A stretch of 64,000 nucleotides of DNA. Origin: a virus. Positions 26,454-36,095 of this stretch are shown piece by piece. Positions within the stretch are counted from its first letter, which is position 1, and every line of letters begins with the position of its first letter. The position numbers were made by a program, and so were the translations under genes. The stretch spans positions 13,966-77,965 of IMG/VR virus record IMGVR_UViG_3300022916_000011. The stretch is one strand, 5' to 3'. The notes below the pieces were generated by a model. The model saw nothing but the letters and a program-made list of their open reading frames with translations. It was not told where the DNA came from and did no database searches.

Positions 26454-26618
26454 ATGGGAGAAGGGATGATGAAATTAGAAACTGCACGACACATTGCGGC
26501 ACGGATATGGTGTGATCAAGAGTATCAACACATTGAGATGGATGTGAACCTTGCAGAGAAAATTGCTGTTATGCTGATGAACAATGCGAACAGTGAAGCA
26601 CCACCGGAGGAGGGATGA
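26454..26618 (+). CDS. hypothetical protein
   Basis: ORF (AARIWC..MDVNLA). Confidence 0.55.
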   Translation: MGEGMMKLETARHIAARIWCDQEYQHIEMDVNLAEKIAVMLMNNANSEAPPEEG

Positions 26619-26619
26619 A

Positions 26620-26844
26620 ATGGGAATGTTTGATTGGGTATTTATTGTATGTCCTGAGTGTGGTGGCAATATAGGATTTCAGTCTAAAGCAGGGGAATGT
26701 GATTTGCGAGAATATGATGAATATGACATGCCACCTGAAATTGCTGTTGATTTAAAAGATGAGGAGATGCGGTGTGATCAGTGTAAAGCCCGTGTAAAAT
26801 TGAGAGTTCAAGTAATTACTAAAGTAGATGTGGAGTTGCTATGA
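26620..26844 (+). CDS. phage zinc-ribbon protein
   Basis: MGMFD..CPECG..FQSK..CDQC. Confidence 0.7.
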   Translation: MGMFDWVFIVCPECGGNIGFQSKAGECDLREYDEYDMPPEIAVDLKDEEMRCDQCKARVKLRVQVITKVDVELL

Positions 26845-27698
26845 GAAATCAATTCGTAAGGACAATGACAGATATAATGAATGAGGATCAAAACCCTTAT
26901 CTTCTCTTAGGTGATATTGGAGTGTGGGGTTTCAGACATCTATTAGAGAAATACCCTCTGAGAGCAAAGAATATAGGTATCTGTGAGCAGGCAATGATCA
27001 GTCTAGCATCAGGGTTATCTATGGTTGGTTTTACCCCTGTGGTGCATTCTATAGCACCGTTTCTAGTGGAGAGAGCATACGAGCAAATTAAGATTGATTT
27101 TGGATATCAAGAGTTAGGTGGTAATTTTGTTTCTGTTGGAGCTAGTTATAATTACAATAAACTTGGAAGTACACATCACTGTCCAGCAGACGTTTCTATC
27201 CTCAGTCAAATACCAAATATGCAAATAGTTGTGCCAGGTTCGGCGAAAGAGTTTGACATTTTGTTTAAGGAAAGTTATAATAATGGTCTACCTACCTACT
27301 TTCGCCTGTGTGAGCATACTAATGGGGATAACTTGAATGTCAAATTTGGTGAGGTGCTCCCACTTCATGGAACTGGCACAAGGTTCACAATGCTTATCAC
27401 AGGTCCTGCCTTTGACTACGTTAAGATAACTGGTTATATGGGTTCTGGAATAAAAGTGTTATATTGCACTACACCAGTACCATTAGATTTGTATACTATA
27501 GGTAGGAATATAGAAAGTAATAGACTCATGATTGTTGAGCCATACTATTCAGCTATGTTACCAGAGATAGTAAATGCTTTTCCTGGTTTAGAGGTAATTT
27601 CTGTAACACCCGATAAAGCATTTGTAGATGTTGGTTTTGATCAGGAAAAAGATATGGTTAATCGCATTATTTGGAATGTGAGGAGATTGAAATGGTAG
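26841..27698 (+). CDS. transketolase C-terminal (pyrimidine-binding) subunit
   Basis: NIGICEQ, RAYEQIK, GSTHH, PTYFRL. Confidence 0.85.
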   Translation: MRNQFVRTMTDIMNEDQNPYLLLGDIGVWGFRHLLEKYPLRAKNIGICEQAMISLASGLSMVGFTPVVHSIAPFLVERAYEQIKIDFGYQELGGNFVSVGASYNYNKLGSTHHCPADVSILSQIPNMQIVVPGSAKEFDILFKESYNNGLPTYFRLCEHTNGDNLNVKFGEVLPLHGTGTRFTMLITGPAFDYVKITGYMGSGIKVLYCTTPVPLDLYTIGRNIESNRLMIVEPYYSAMLPEIVNAFPGLEVISVTPDKAFVDVGFDQEKDMVNRIIWNVRRLKW

Positions 27699-28672
27699 AT
27701 ATAAAAGATTTTTTCCCCAGTGTTGCTAGTAGGGTTCGTAACATTGAAAAACTAAAAGGTAGGAAGGTACTAGTGACAGGGGCAAGCGGTCTAATTGGTA
27801 ATCATATTCTTTCAACATTAGATGACGTTGAAGCAGATACACATATTTTACACCATGAGACTGTTCCTTACTGTATACGTAAGAGAATGACTGGTCATTC
27901 TTGGTATTCCTTAACTTTACCTACTAGAAGTTTTGATTATATTTTTCATTTAGCGGGATATGGACAACCAGACAAATTTAGTATAAATCCTTATACGACA
28001 ATCGATTTGAATACGGGGGTTTTACTACATTTAATTACTAAAAATTTAGAGTTTGGTGGTTCTATCTTATTTGCCAGTACTTCAGAGATTTATAGCGGTT
28101 TGACTGTAGAAGCTACTGAAGATATGGTTGGAACTACTACGCCAGCACATCCCAGAGCTTGCTACATTGAAAGTAAACGTTGTGGTGAGGCTCTTATTCA
28201 TGCTTTGAATGAAAAGGGTTACAATGGTAAAATTGCTAGGATAGCTTTAGCATATGGTCCTGGTTGCAGATATGATGACACCCGTGTTATGTCGGATTTC
28301 ATTAGAATGGGTTTGGAAAATAAGCACATAGCACCAAGGGGTGGATTGAGAAATGTACGTACATATAATTATGTTACTGATACCGTCCAAATGCTCTTTA
28401 ACATCCTATTGAATGGGAAGCAGACCGTTTACAATGTAGGTGGTGAAAGTTCTCTTACAATAGGGAGATTAGCTTTGCTAATAGGAAAGGAAGTAGGTGC
28501 AAAAGTGGAGTTAGTTGATTTAATACACACCGATGCATCCCCTACATTTGTTGGTATTAGCACTGATAGATACAATGAGGAATTCCCAGATATGAAAATT
28601 ACAAATATAAATGATGGTTTGGATAGGACAATAGAGTGGTTTAGGTATTTGGAGGAGTCAAAAAATGGCTGA
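27692..28672 (+). CDS. NAD-dependent epimerase/dehydratase (UDP-glucuronate decarboxylase-like)
   Basis: VTGASGLIG, ASTSEIY, RACYIESK, YGPG. Confidence 0.85.
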   Translation: MVDIKDFFPSVASRVRNIEKLKGRKVLVTGASGLIGNHILSTLDDVEADTHILHHETVPYCIRKRMTGHSWYSLTLPTRSFDYIFHLAGYGQPDKFSINPYTTIDLNTGVLLHLITKNLEFGGSILFASTSEIYSGLTVEATEDMVGTTTPAHPRACYIESKRCGEALIHALNEKGYNGKIARIALAYGPGCRYDDTRVMSDFIRMGLENKHIAPRGGLRNVRTYNYVTDTVQMLFNILLNGKQTVYNVGGESSLTIGRLALLIGKEVGAKVELVDLIHTDASPTFVGISTDRYNEEFPDMKITNINDGLDRTIEWFRYLEESKNG

Positions 28673-28868
28673 TATACCATTTGCAGTTGGTTTGAATAAA
28701 GGAAATAGGGCGGTTATTAAACTACAATTTATTAATGGAGTGGTTCCTCTTGTATACTCTCATATGTGTATAACAAAAGATGGAAATAGGTATGCGTTTA
28801 GAACAGAGGAAGATGCTAAATTAGCTGCTAATTATAATGATTGGAAATATATAGAGGATAGCAAATGA
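28665..28868 (+). CDS. hypothetical protein
   Basis: GGAGG SD. Confidence 0.6.
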   Translation: MADIPFAVGLNKGNRAVIKLQFINGVVPLVYSHMCITKDGNRYAFRTEEDAKLAANYNDWKYIEDSK

Positions 28869-29056
28869 AACATGAAAATTTTCCAGTTGAAGGTTTTAAC
28901 TTTATGGATGAAGCTGCTACTGAAGTACAAAAGGATATGATTGCAGAACTTTGCAAAGCTAAAGATATACCGATTGATCGACATGGTGTATGGCCAGACC
29001 CTTTTTCAAAATGGGATGCTGCAAATATGATTGATAGCTTAAAGGAAGGAGATTAA
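28865..29056 (+). CDS. small DUF3072-like protein, paralogue of 24106..24297
   Basis: AATEVQ..LC..FSKWDAANMID. Confidence 0.65.
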   Translation: MKHENFPVEGFNFMDEAATEVQKDMIAELCKAKDIPIDRHGVWPDPFSKWDAANMIDSLKEGD

Positions 29057-29058
29057 AA

Positions 29059-30006
29059 GTGAAAAAATTATTAGTTACTGGAGCTGGTGGTCTATTAGGA
29101 AAAGCAATTTGCACTGTTGCGCAGAATGATTTTGATGTAATTTCCTTAAAAAGGGAAGATTGTGATTTGATTAATTTCCAAGATACAAAAGCTATTTTTA
29201 ATTATGTAAAACCGGATTATGTAATTCATACGGCAGCCGTAGTTGGAGGTATAGGTTCTAATATGAACCATCCAGGTAAATTTTTCTGTAGTAACATTGC
29301 AATTAATACTAATATTTTGGAATGTGCCAGATTAGTGAATGTGAAAAAACTTATATCATTTTTATCAACGTGTGTCTTCCCCGATAATGCACCTTACCCA
29401 TTGAGCGTAGAGAACATCCATGATGGTCCACCGCACCCTTCTAATGCGGCTTATGCTCATGCTAAACGAATGCTTGATGTACAGAGTAGAGCTTATAGAA
29501 CAGAATACGGGTGTGATTTTATTACACTAGTACCTACTAATTTATACGGTTTTCATGATAATTGGGATATTGAGAATGGTCATGTTATTCCATCCTTAAT
29601 TCATAAAGCATTTATTGCAAAGAAAGAGGAGAAACCTCTTATTGTATGGGGCAGTGGAAAACCTTTACGAGAATTTATTTTTGTTGACGATATGGCAAAT
29701 ATTTCTCTTAGGTGTTTTAGTGAATACATTTCTGCTGATCCTTTGATAATATCTACAAGTGAAGAAGTATCTGTAGGAAAAGTAGCAGAAAAGATAGCTA
29801 AAAGAGTTGGTGTGAAATGCATTTTTGATACCGATAAACCTGATGGTCAGATGAGGAAACCTTCTGATAATTCTGTTTTCAAAGAAATATTTCCTGACTT
29901 TGTTTTTACTTCTCTAAAGCAGGGTTTAGGACATACAATAAATGAGTTCGAATATCATTGGATTAACAAATTACCAATGAGAGGAGTGTCCTATGATAAC
30001 AAATGA
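29059..30006 (+). CDS. fcl: GDP-L-fucose synthase-like epimerase/reductase
   Basis: AAVVGGIGSN, LSTCVFP, YAHAKR, PTNLYG..HVIP, WGSGKPLREF, KPDGQ. Confidence 0.85.
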   Translation: MKKLLVTGAGGLLGKAICTVAQNDFDVISLKREDCDLINFQDTKAIFNYVKPDYVIHTAAVVGGIGSNMNHPGKFFCSNIAINTNILECARLVNVKKLISFLSTCVFPDNAPYPLSVENIHDGPPHPSNAAYAHAKRMLDVQSRAYRTEYGCDFITLVPTNLYGFHDNWDIENGHVIPSLIHKAFIAKKEEKPLIVWGSGKPLREFIFVDDMANISLRCFSEYISADPLIISTSEEVSVGKVAEKIAKRVGVKCIFDTDKPDGQMRKPSDNSVFKEIFPDFVFTSLKQGLGHTINEFEYHWINKLPMRGVSYDNK

Positions 30007-30874
30007 GATATGCCGATTTGTGGATAATTATGTGAAGAATATTTATTGGAAAGATGGAATAGGAGATTATAGAACTAATCCATATTACCCTTTAGATAAA
30101 GAGAAAAGAGATAAATGGATTTTGTTTATATTGAAAGAACTAGCGAACCCTTTGGAACAGACAGGTAAACATAGAAAGCAGCAGTGGGAAGATGGTTGGC
30201 AGGAGTCTTTAGACTTGAAAGAGTACATTCCAGGTTATTTTGGTAAATACCCTATTATGAGATTCAACGGTGAATTTGTACGTTCCAATCATTTAGATAA
30301 TGATTTAGAGTATCATTTCTTTGCTGGTTTGCAGGAGTATTTGTTTGGTGCGCTTTTGCAACATGTAGAAAATGTATATGAGTTTGGTTGTGGTACAGGA
30401 CATAATTTAGTACGAATGCGAGCCGTTAATAAAAAAGCTAAATTATATGGGTTAGATTGGACTCAGTCCGGTGTTCAGAGTGTGAACAATTTGGAACCTA
30501 TGCTGCACAATGTTGAGGGTGTGTTATTTGATATGTTTCTTCCTGACCTTAATTTCTCTTTGAAACCGAATAGTGCTGTTGTAACTGTAGCGTCTTTAGA
30601 ACAGTTGGGAACAGGGTTTGAAAAATTTGTACATTATGTAGTAGAGCAGAAGCCTGATATTGTAGTTCACATAGAACCTTTTCAGGATCTGTTAAATCCA
30701 GATAATTTGTTAGATTATCTGTCTTTGCAATATATGAAGAAAAGGAACTACATAGATGGGTATGTGCAATATTTGCAATCGTCTGGTAAGGCGGAGATTA
30801 TAATGTATGAAAGATCCTATATTGGCTCTTTATTTGTTGATGGATATACAATTTTGGTGTGGCAACCTTCATAA
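29993..30874 (+). CDS. class I SAM-dependent methyltransferase
   Basis: YEFGCGTGHNL, GLDW, SLEQLG, HIEP. Confidence 0.8.
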   Translation: MITNEICRFVDNYVKNIYWKDGIGDYRTNPYYPLDKEKRDKWILFILKELANPLEQTGKHRKQQWEDGWQESLDLKEYIPGYFGKYPIMRFNGEFVRSNHLDNDLEYHFFAGLQEYLFGALLQHVENVYEFGCGTGHNLVRMRAVNKKAKLYGLDWTQSGVQSVNNLEPMLHNVEGVLFDMFLPDLNFSLKPNSAVVTVASLEQLGTGFEKFVHYVVEQKPDIVVHIEPFQDLLNPDNLLDYLSLQYMKKRNYIDGYVQYLQSSGKAEIIMYERSYIGSLFVDGYTILVWQPS

Positions 30875-30876
30875 GA

Positions 30877-30908
30877 AATAAGGGGGTAGGATTTTCTACC
30901 CCCTTATT
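30877..30908. terminator. bidirectional terminator between convergent blocks
   Basis: AATAAGGGGGTAG/CTACCCCCTTATT stem. Confidence 0.85.
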
Positions 30909-30911
30909 ATC

Positions 30912-32597
30912 CTATCTGTCTGTATCTTCACCTCTACCATCCTTACCGTCAAGTTGTCGGGAAGAACCTTTTACATTATCAGTAATACCTTTAGCAGAAG
31001 GATCAGCATCAGATTTGCCAGGATCTCTATCTCTGTCTCTAGCATTATTTTGTCTAATATCTTTTGTGGATCTATTTTCAGTTTGATCGTTTGCTTTTAA
31101 AATATCTTCTTCTGTTAATTTATCAATGGCATTGCGAATATCTACCATTAAGGCGTCAGGTAAATCCGGTAATGCTCTTTTAGCTACTGTTTTCATTAAT
31201 TCTTTTTTGAAGGTAAGTTCAGGGATTATACGATCAGCCATAATAGCATTTTCAAGACTTTGACTGAGATCATCAATGCTGAAGTCAGTGGACCTTGTAA
31301 TTTCCACCTTATTAAAATCTTTCTCTTTATTTTGCCATTTCAACCAATATTTAATAATACCTAGTTCTGTCTCTGTGAGATTAGAGCTTTTCTTACCTAG
31401 TACAAGACCTAGTTGTTGAAATTCATAGCGCATTGCTACCCCTGATCTAGCAGCACTACCACTAGTTCTTTGGGCATTAAGACCAGACAGATGAGCCAAT
31501 TGAAATGTTTCTTCTACCTTTTTGTCTACCCAATTTAGAATAGCATCTATAGGTTCATTTACTTCTGCATTTAGCCAATCTGGTTTTCCTGCTTCACCTA
31601 GAGATGGATCAAATTCAAGAATAGCCGTAACTCCAGCTTCATTATTAATCTCTTCACCTTCTCTAGCCATAGGACGTCTTGCTTGAGGGAAACCAGCAAA
31701 TTTGATAACTTCTTCTCCATAAGAAACATTTCGAATAATACTAGCCGTAATTCTTGATATTTCTTTAATATCAGATTCACCAATGTAAGGATCTTCAATA
31801 TTCTTGATATTTTGAAACCACAGGAAAGGTATTTCATTTAATGGATTAGGTCCTTCTGAAACCATAATTGGATCTTCTGTGGAGGTTAATGCACTTACAA
31901 TTTTACCTGGATGTTGTGCATATTTATTATCTCCAGGTTTAGGTTCATAATCTGAAGTATCTGTATGTTTATGAATCCTCATAGTGGTTCCACCAGAAGT
32001 TTCAGGAATAGTCCATATTTCCCATTTATCTGGCCACCAAAGTAAATACCTATTATCGTAATCAAACAATTTGAGATAGGTCAGTTGAGGTCTATTAGTG
32101 CGTTCATCCCTTTCATGTTCCCAATCTAATATATTAGGTAATGTAAAAGTAGAGCAATAAGGATAAATGCCATCAGCTACATCTTCTTTGAGGATTTGAT
32201 TTGTACTTGTAGGTTTGTCAACTAAGATTCCTACTGCACCGTATATACCTGCTAATTTTTGAGATTCATTCAAATACACATCAAAATTGGTTCCATATAG
32301 ATCAGCATCTTTGGTAAATAACTTCCACAATTTATCATCTACTAAAGGACCTAATTCTCTCAAAGCAGGCTTTTCTGTAAGGTAGAAATTAAATAGATCA
32401 ATAACGATACTGGAGTAATTGAAACAGGTTCCTTCATCTTGTCTAGATTTCCAATTTTTTTGGGATTCTCTCATATGTTTTTGTAATGCAAAATTTATAA
32501 AACGAGTACCTCCAGAATAAGCTAGGCCCCAAAATGTCCAATCGCTTATCATATCTGCATAAGTGTCGTGGGTTTCTAATAGTTGTTCTACATCCAT
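30912..32597 (-). CDS. portal protein
   Basis: follows TerL; AYSGG, DADLYG, ILVDKP, SGVAMRYEFQ; SPP1-like size. Confidence 0.85.
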   Translation of the reverse strand: MDVEQLLETHDTYADMISDWTFWGLAYSGGTRFINFALQKHMRESQKNWKSRQDEGTCFNYSSIVIDLFNFYLTEKPALRELGPLVDDKLWKLFTKDADLYGTNFDVYLNESQKLAGIYGAVGILVDKPTSTNQILKEDVADGIYPYCSTFTLPNILDWEHERDERTNRPQLTYLKLFDYDNRYLLWWPDKWEIWTIPETSGGTTMRIHKHTDTSDYEPKPGDNKYAQHPGKIVSALTSTEDPIMVSEGPNPLNEIPFLWFQNIKNIEDPYIGESDIKEISRITASIIRNVSYGEEVIKFAGFPQARRPMAREGEEINNEAGVTAILEFDPSLGEAGKPDWLNAEVNEPIDAILNWVDKKVEETFQLAHLSGLNAQRTSGSAARSGVAMRYEFQQLGLVLGKKSSNLTETELGIIKYWLKWQNKEKDFNKVEITRSTDFSIDDLSQSLENAIMADRIIPELTFKKELMKTVAKRALPDLPDALMVDIRNAIDKLTEEDILKANDQTENRSTKDIRQNNARDRDRDPGKSDADPSAKGITDNVKGSSRQLDGKDGRGEDTDR

Positions 32598-32609
32598 TTT
32601 ATTTCTCCT

Positions 32610-35156
32610 TTATTTCCAATAAAGTTTTGATGGTGGCCTTCTTACGTATCTCGGTTTATTCACCCATTGTAAAAATTGACTTGTTGAGTCTACCATATCG
32701 TCATGTTCAGTAGAAGGGAAATTTGTTATTTGATATTCATAATCAGATAACCAATGGGCTTCTTCTGGAAGAAATACCTTTCCAGCTTCAAATAAAGTTG
32801 TTACTGCGTCAAAGCGTAATATTTTGTTCACATTGTTGGTACTGATGGGGATAATGGGAATTCTAGTTTCCATTTTTATATCTTGAATTAAAGATTGCCC
32901 ACTAGCTCTATCTTCAACCAATACCCCTGTGGCTTTGTGAACTTCGTATAGTTGTAAAAATCTTTTTTTAAGTTCTGGAAATTCCATTCTTTTGTTTATT
33001 ACATCTAATAGGTAATATCCATTTTCACCTATACCCCACACTGTGGCAGCAGATGGGTCACTTATTTCTGAATCTTTAAATGCCGTATCCCAACTTATAA
33101 TGATTCTATTTAGTTTTGGTAAAATTGAATATCTTTTTAACCAGGCATGTTTTACCATACCCCCTTCTCTACTTACTGGATGCTGTTGGTACTGAGCATT
33201 CCATTCGTAAGAACCAATAATTTTTTCTATAGCATTTAAAGATGACTGAGGATAAGCTTCTGGCCATAGAGCATCCCCAACTTCTCTACCGAGAATATCA
33301 TTCTCTTCTGCAATAGCTTTGAGATCAAGAATTGTCCAATCTTCTTGTGGATGTTCCTTTAGTACATAACCGCTAAGATCATTTTCATGCCATCTAGTAT
33401 TAATCATAATAATTCTATTATCAGGCATCAATCTAGTATAAGCAACTGCTCTGTACCATTCGTGGAGGTCTTTTCGAATTGTTTGGGATTCTATTTCTTT
33501 TCTGGATTTGATAGGATCATCTATAATAAAGCAGTTGTGGGTTAAAATGAGATAGTTATCGTTAGTTATCGTTCTTTTATTGTGTACTGCATGTGCAAAG
33601 AAGTTACTTGTTCCCTCAACTTGGATGTCATAGACTGGGATCGGATCTGTGCTAATTCTTTCAATTTGGGAAATGGTGTCCTCTTTGATTTGTGATGAAT
33701 TATATGACAACTGAGACATAGTGTTATTAGATTTTCTGGTGCATTGTTGGTCTTGTCCCCATCTATGTGATGTAGTAAGAGAGTTTCCCTCTTTGTTTTG
33801 TTCCCTGTATTGCCATCTACCGTCGATACTTTCCCCATTTGAATATTGCATACAGCGCATTGATTGTTGTCCCTCTCTAGTATTAAAGGGCGCATTTTGC
33901 GTGATATGATGTTGTATTCTTTCCCATGCCGATAATTGGAATTCTGTGTTCCAAGCATTTTCTGAGAATGTGTTTGATTGGCACATTCTCGGGAGCAATG
34001 CTGCGTTAAGTAGCTTAATGGGGAAAATGTTTTCCCACATTGAGGACATATTATTTTTGGCATTTTCCTTCGCTCTCTGGACTCTTTTCTGCATTTGTTG
34101 GAACAGAATTTTCGTATAGGCGTTTCTGTTGTTTTTCCGCAGATTACACATTTTCTTTTGTTTTTTACAGCGTGATGTTTTTGGGAACATTCTATTGAAC
34201 AATACATATCTTTGTGCTTTCTTTTTATTGCTGCACGTACTTCGTAATTCTTTTTTACTACTTCTTTTCCGCACCATGCACATGTTATTTTTGTATCGGC
34301 TTTTCGAAGCATATGATAGCAGGATCTGCAATGAAGAGAGCCTATAGTTTTTCTTTTTCCACACTCCGGACATACTTGGGATTTTCTTGTCTGTAATAAT
34401 TGTGATGGTGTCTCCCTTTTGTATATCTTTCGTTTTAATGTAACCTTGTCCCTGTATGAAGAATTTGTGCTCTCCAGTTGCTCTAATGTAATTCCCTGAA
34501 TTTGTGGTGATTTTGTAGAGTTCATTTGTAATTTCCTTTCTAGCAGCTATTATTTTTTTGTATACTAAAGTGTTACTAGTATGGTCTAAAGATAATATTT
34601 TTATTTCTTTGCTAGATAATAACTCTACGAGGGTAGCAATGTCAACAGTTTTTATTGAAGAATCAATCTTCACATTTAGCATTGTTTCTGCTGGAAGACA
34701 ATTTGCTCCACGTCCAGTGGCACCACCACCAACACTGATGTTAAAGTACTCTCCACCCTGAATAGTAGAGAAATGAGACACAGATTTTGAATCTGAAGAA
34801 ATAGCACAACCAGGAAATATTTCTCTATGTAAATCTGAGTCAACTAAATTTCTGACTTTTCGTCCAACATCGTCACCACGTTTCTGATTGTAAGTTGACC
34901 ATATAATTTGCCAATCTGGATTTCTACCTATGAACCAGGCAGGAAACATTTCAGATGCTAATAAAGTTTTACCATGCCTAGGGGGAGAAAAAATTAGTAA
35001 CCTTCTAATATCTCCTCTCTCTACAGCTTCCAGATACATGGCAATCATTTCATGCATTAACCCAATTTTATATTTTGGGTACATTAAACGTGTGAAGCTT
35101 AAAAGTTTAGAGTGCGCAAATTGTTCGTTGGAAGGACCTTTTTTAATTGCCATCAT
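32610..35156 (-). CDS. terL: terminase large subunit containing an intein
   Basis: PPRHGKT Walker A, FIIDDP Walker B, TRWHENDL, QYQQHP, SWDTA, HDDMVDS. Confidence 0.92.
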   Translation of the reverse strand: MMAIKKGPSNEQFAHSKLLSFTRLMYPKYKIGLMHEMIAMYLEAVERGDIRRLLIFSPPRHGKTLLASEMFPAWFIGRNPDWQIIWSTYNQKRGDDVGRKVRNLVDSDLHREIFPGCAISSDSKSVSHFSTIQGGEYFNISVGGGATGRGANCLPAETMLNVKIDSSIKTVDIATLVELLSSKEIKILSLDHTSNTLVYKKIIAARKEITNELYKITTNSGNYIRATGEHKFFIQGQGYIKTKDIQKGDTITIITDKKIPSMSGVWKKKNYRLSSLQILLSYASKSRYKNNMCMVRKRSSKKELRSTCSNKKKAQRYVLFNRMFPKTSRCKKQKKMCNLRKNNRNAYTKILFQQMQKRVQRAKENAKNNMSSMWENIFPIKLLNAALLPRMCQSNTFSENAWNTEFQLSAWERIQHHITQNAPFNTREGQQSMRCMQYSNGESIDGRWQYREQNKEGNSLTTSHRWGQDQQCTRKSNNTMSQLSYNSSQIKEDTISQIERISTDPIPVYDIQVEGTSNFFAHAVHNKRTITNDNYLILTHNCFIIDDPIKSRKEIESQTIRKDLHEWYRAVAYTRLMPDNRIIMINTRWHENDLSGYVLKEHPQEDWTILDLKAIAEENDILGREVGDALWPEAYPQSSLNAIEKIIGSYEWNAQYQQHPVSREGGMVKHAWLKRYSILPKLNRIIISWDTAFKDSEISDPSAATVWGIGENGYYLLDVINKRMEFPELKKRFLQLYEVHKATGVLVEDRASGQSLIQDIKMETRIPIIPISTNNVNKILRFDAVTTLFEAGKVFLPEEAHWLSDYEYQITNFPSTEHDDMVDSTSQFLQWVNKPRYVRRPPSKLYWK
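33534..34700 (-). mobile_element. intein (389 aa) inserted just before TerL Walker B
   Basis: GAN|CLPAET start, ATGEH block B, VYDIQVEGTSNFFA block F, ILTHN|C end. Confidence 0.9.
33566..34525 (-). CDS. zinc-finger HNH endonuclease in the +1 frame inside the intein
   Basis: many CxxC and CSxxC motifs; HHIDGDKTNN..NLITLCLSCH..HH; SD GAAAGGA 8 nt before ATG. Confidence 0.85.
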   Translation of the reverse strand: MNSTKSPQIQGITLEQLESTNSSYRDKVTLKRKIYKRETPSQLLQTRKSQVCPECGKRKTIGSLHCRSCYHMLRKADTKITCAWCGKEVVKKNYEVRAAIKRKHKDMYCSIECSQKHHAVKNKRKCVICGKTTETPIRKFCSNKCRKESRERRKMPKIICPQCGKTFSPLSYLTQHCSRECANQTHSQKMLGTQNSNYRHGKEYNIISRKMRPLILERDNNQCAVCNIQMGKVSTVDGNTGNKTKRETLLLHHIDGDKTNNAPENLITLCLSCHIIHHKSKRTPFPKLKELAQIRSQSMTSKLREQVTSLHMQYTIKER

Positions 35157-35961
35157 CTCCCTTTCGTCCTACCAATTCACCTTCAAGAATGTCATCTCCA
35201 CCACCTAATTTTTCAGCTAATAATTTGCCACCTGGAGTATTCATTAATTTTGAAGGTGTGATTTGTGCAGCTTCTATGATGGCGTCTGTCTCCTCTTTTG
35301 AATGGACAACATCTATTCTTCCTCTGATCATATTTTTATTTTCATTGTAAGTATCTGGAAGTAAACATCTGGCAGCAAAAATGATTGCTGCTGTGTCCCC
35401 CGATGCCACTTTTGCTAATAGACTGGATTCTACTAAGTCCTTTTTCTCCTCATCAACAGATAACATTTCATCTTTGAACGACTCATCTATCTCCATCCAT
35501 TTTACAACTTTACCCCTAGATATACCGACTTCATTACATGCTTCTGTCAAGTTGAAACTGGAATATCTGTAAGCTTCTTTTAGAGCATCTTTCAGAACCC
35601 TTTCATCTTCGTTGTTAGTTATGATAACCTTTTTGTCTATTTCCTTTTCCTCAGTTACCATTGTTGGTTTGTAGAATGCGGCAGGATCTTTCTGTTTTCT
35701 TATATTGTAATATTGCTCTTTGAACATGGGATCATCTTCAGCCCATGTGTAAATAGTATTTTGAGATTTGACTCCGGCTTTCTTCAAGGCTTTAGAAATG
35801 GTCATTCCCTTACTTTTGTAGTGATATAGGAAATTTCTTTTCTTAGTCCTTATCTCTATTATATCTTCTTCAGATAATTCTTTTTTAGGTTTAATGCGTT
35901 TTTTAAGCCGTTTTCTATTGGAAAATGCTTTATCATTTGTATCAATTCTTTTAGTTCCCAT
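35143..35961 (-). CDS. terS: terminase small subunit
   Basis: position; two HTH-like repeats; GDTAAIIF motif. Confidence 0.75.
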   Translation of the reverse strand: MGTKRIDTNDKAFSNRKRLKKRIKPKKELSEEDIIEIRTKKRNFLYHYKSKGMTISKALKKAGVKSQNTIYTWAEDDPMFKEQYYNIRKQKDPAAFYKPTMVTEEKEIDKKVIITNNEDERVLKDALKEAYRYSSFNLTEACNEVGISRGKVVKWMEIDESFKDEMLSVDEEKKDLVESSLLAKVASGDTAAIIFAARCLLPDTYNENKNMIRGRIDVVHSKEETDAIIEAAQITPSKLMNTPGGKLLAEKLGGGDDILEGELVGRKGDDGN

Positions 35962-35989
35962 AAAAAAATCCCCCGTTAATACATTTTTT

Positions 35990-36095
35990 TCTTGACAACC
36001 GCTTTTAAGTTCCCTTAGTATGGTACAGGCTATAATAATTTGGAATCATTTGTCAAGAAAAACTTGACAAGCAGGGAAATTAAGTGTTACCCTTT
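35990..36095. promoter_or_regulatory. divergent promoter region (several TTGACA boxes)
   Basis: TTGACA at ~35993 (+), ~36051 (-) and ~36064 (+) between TerS and scaffold. Confidence 0.5.
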
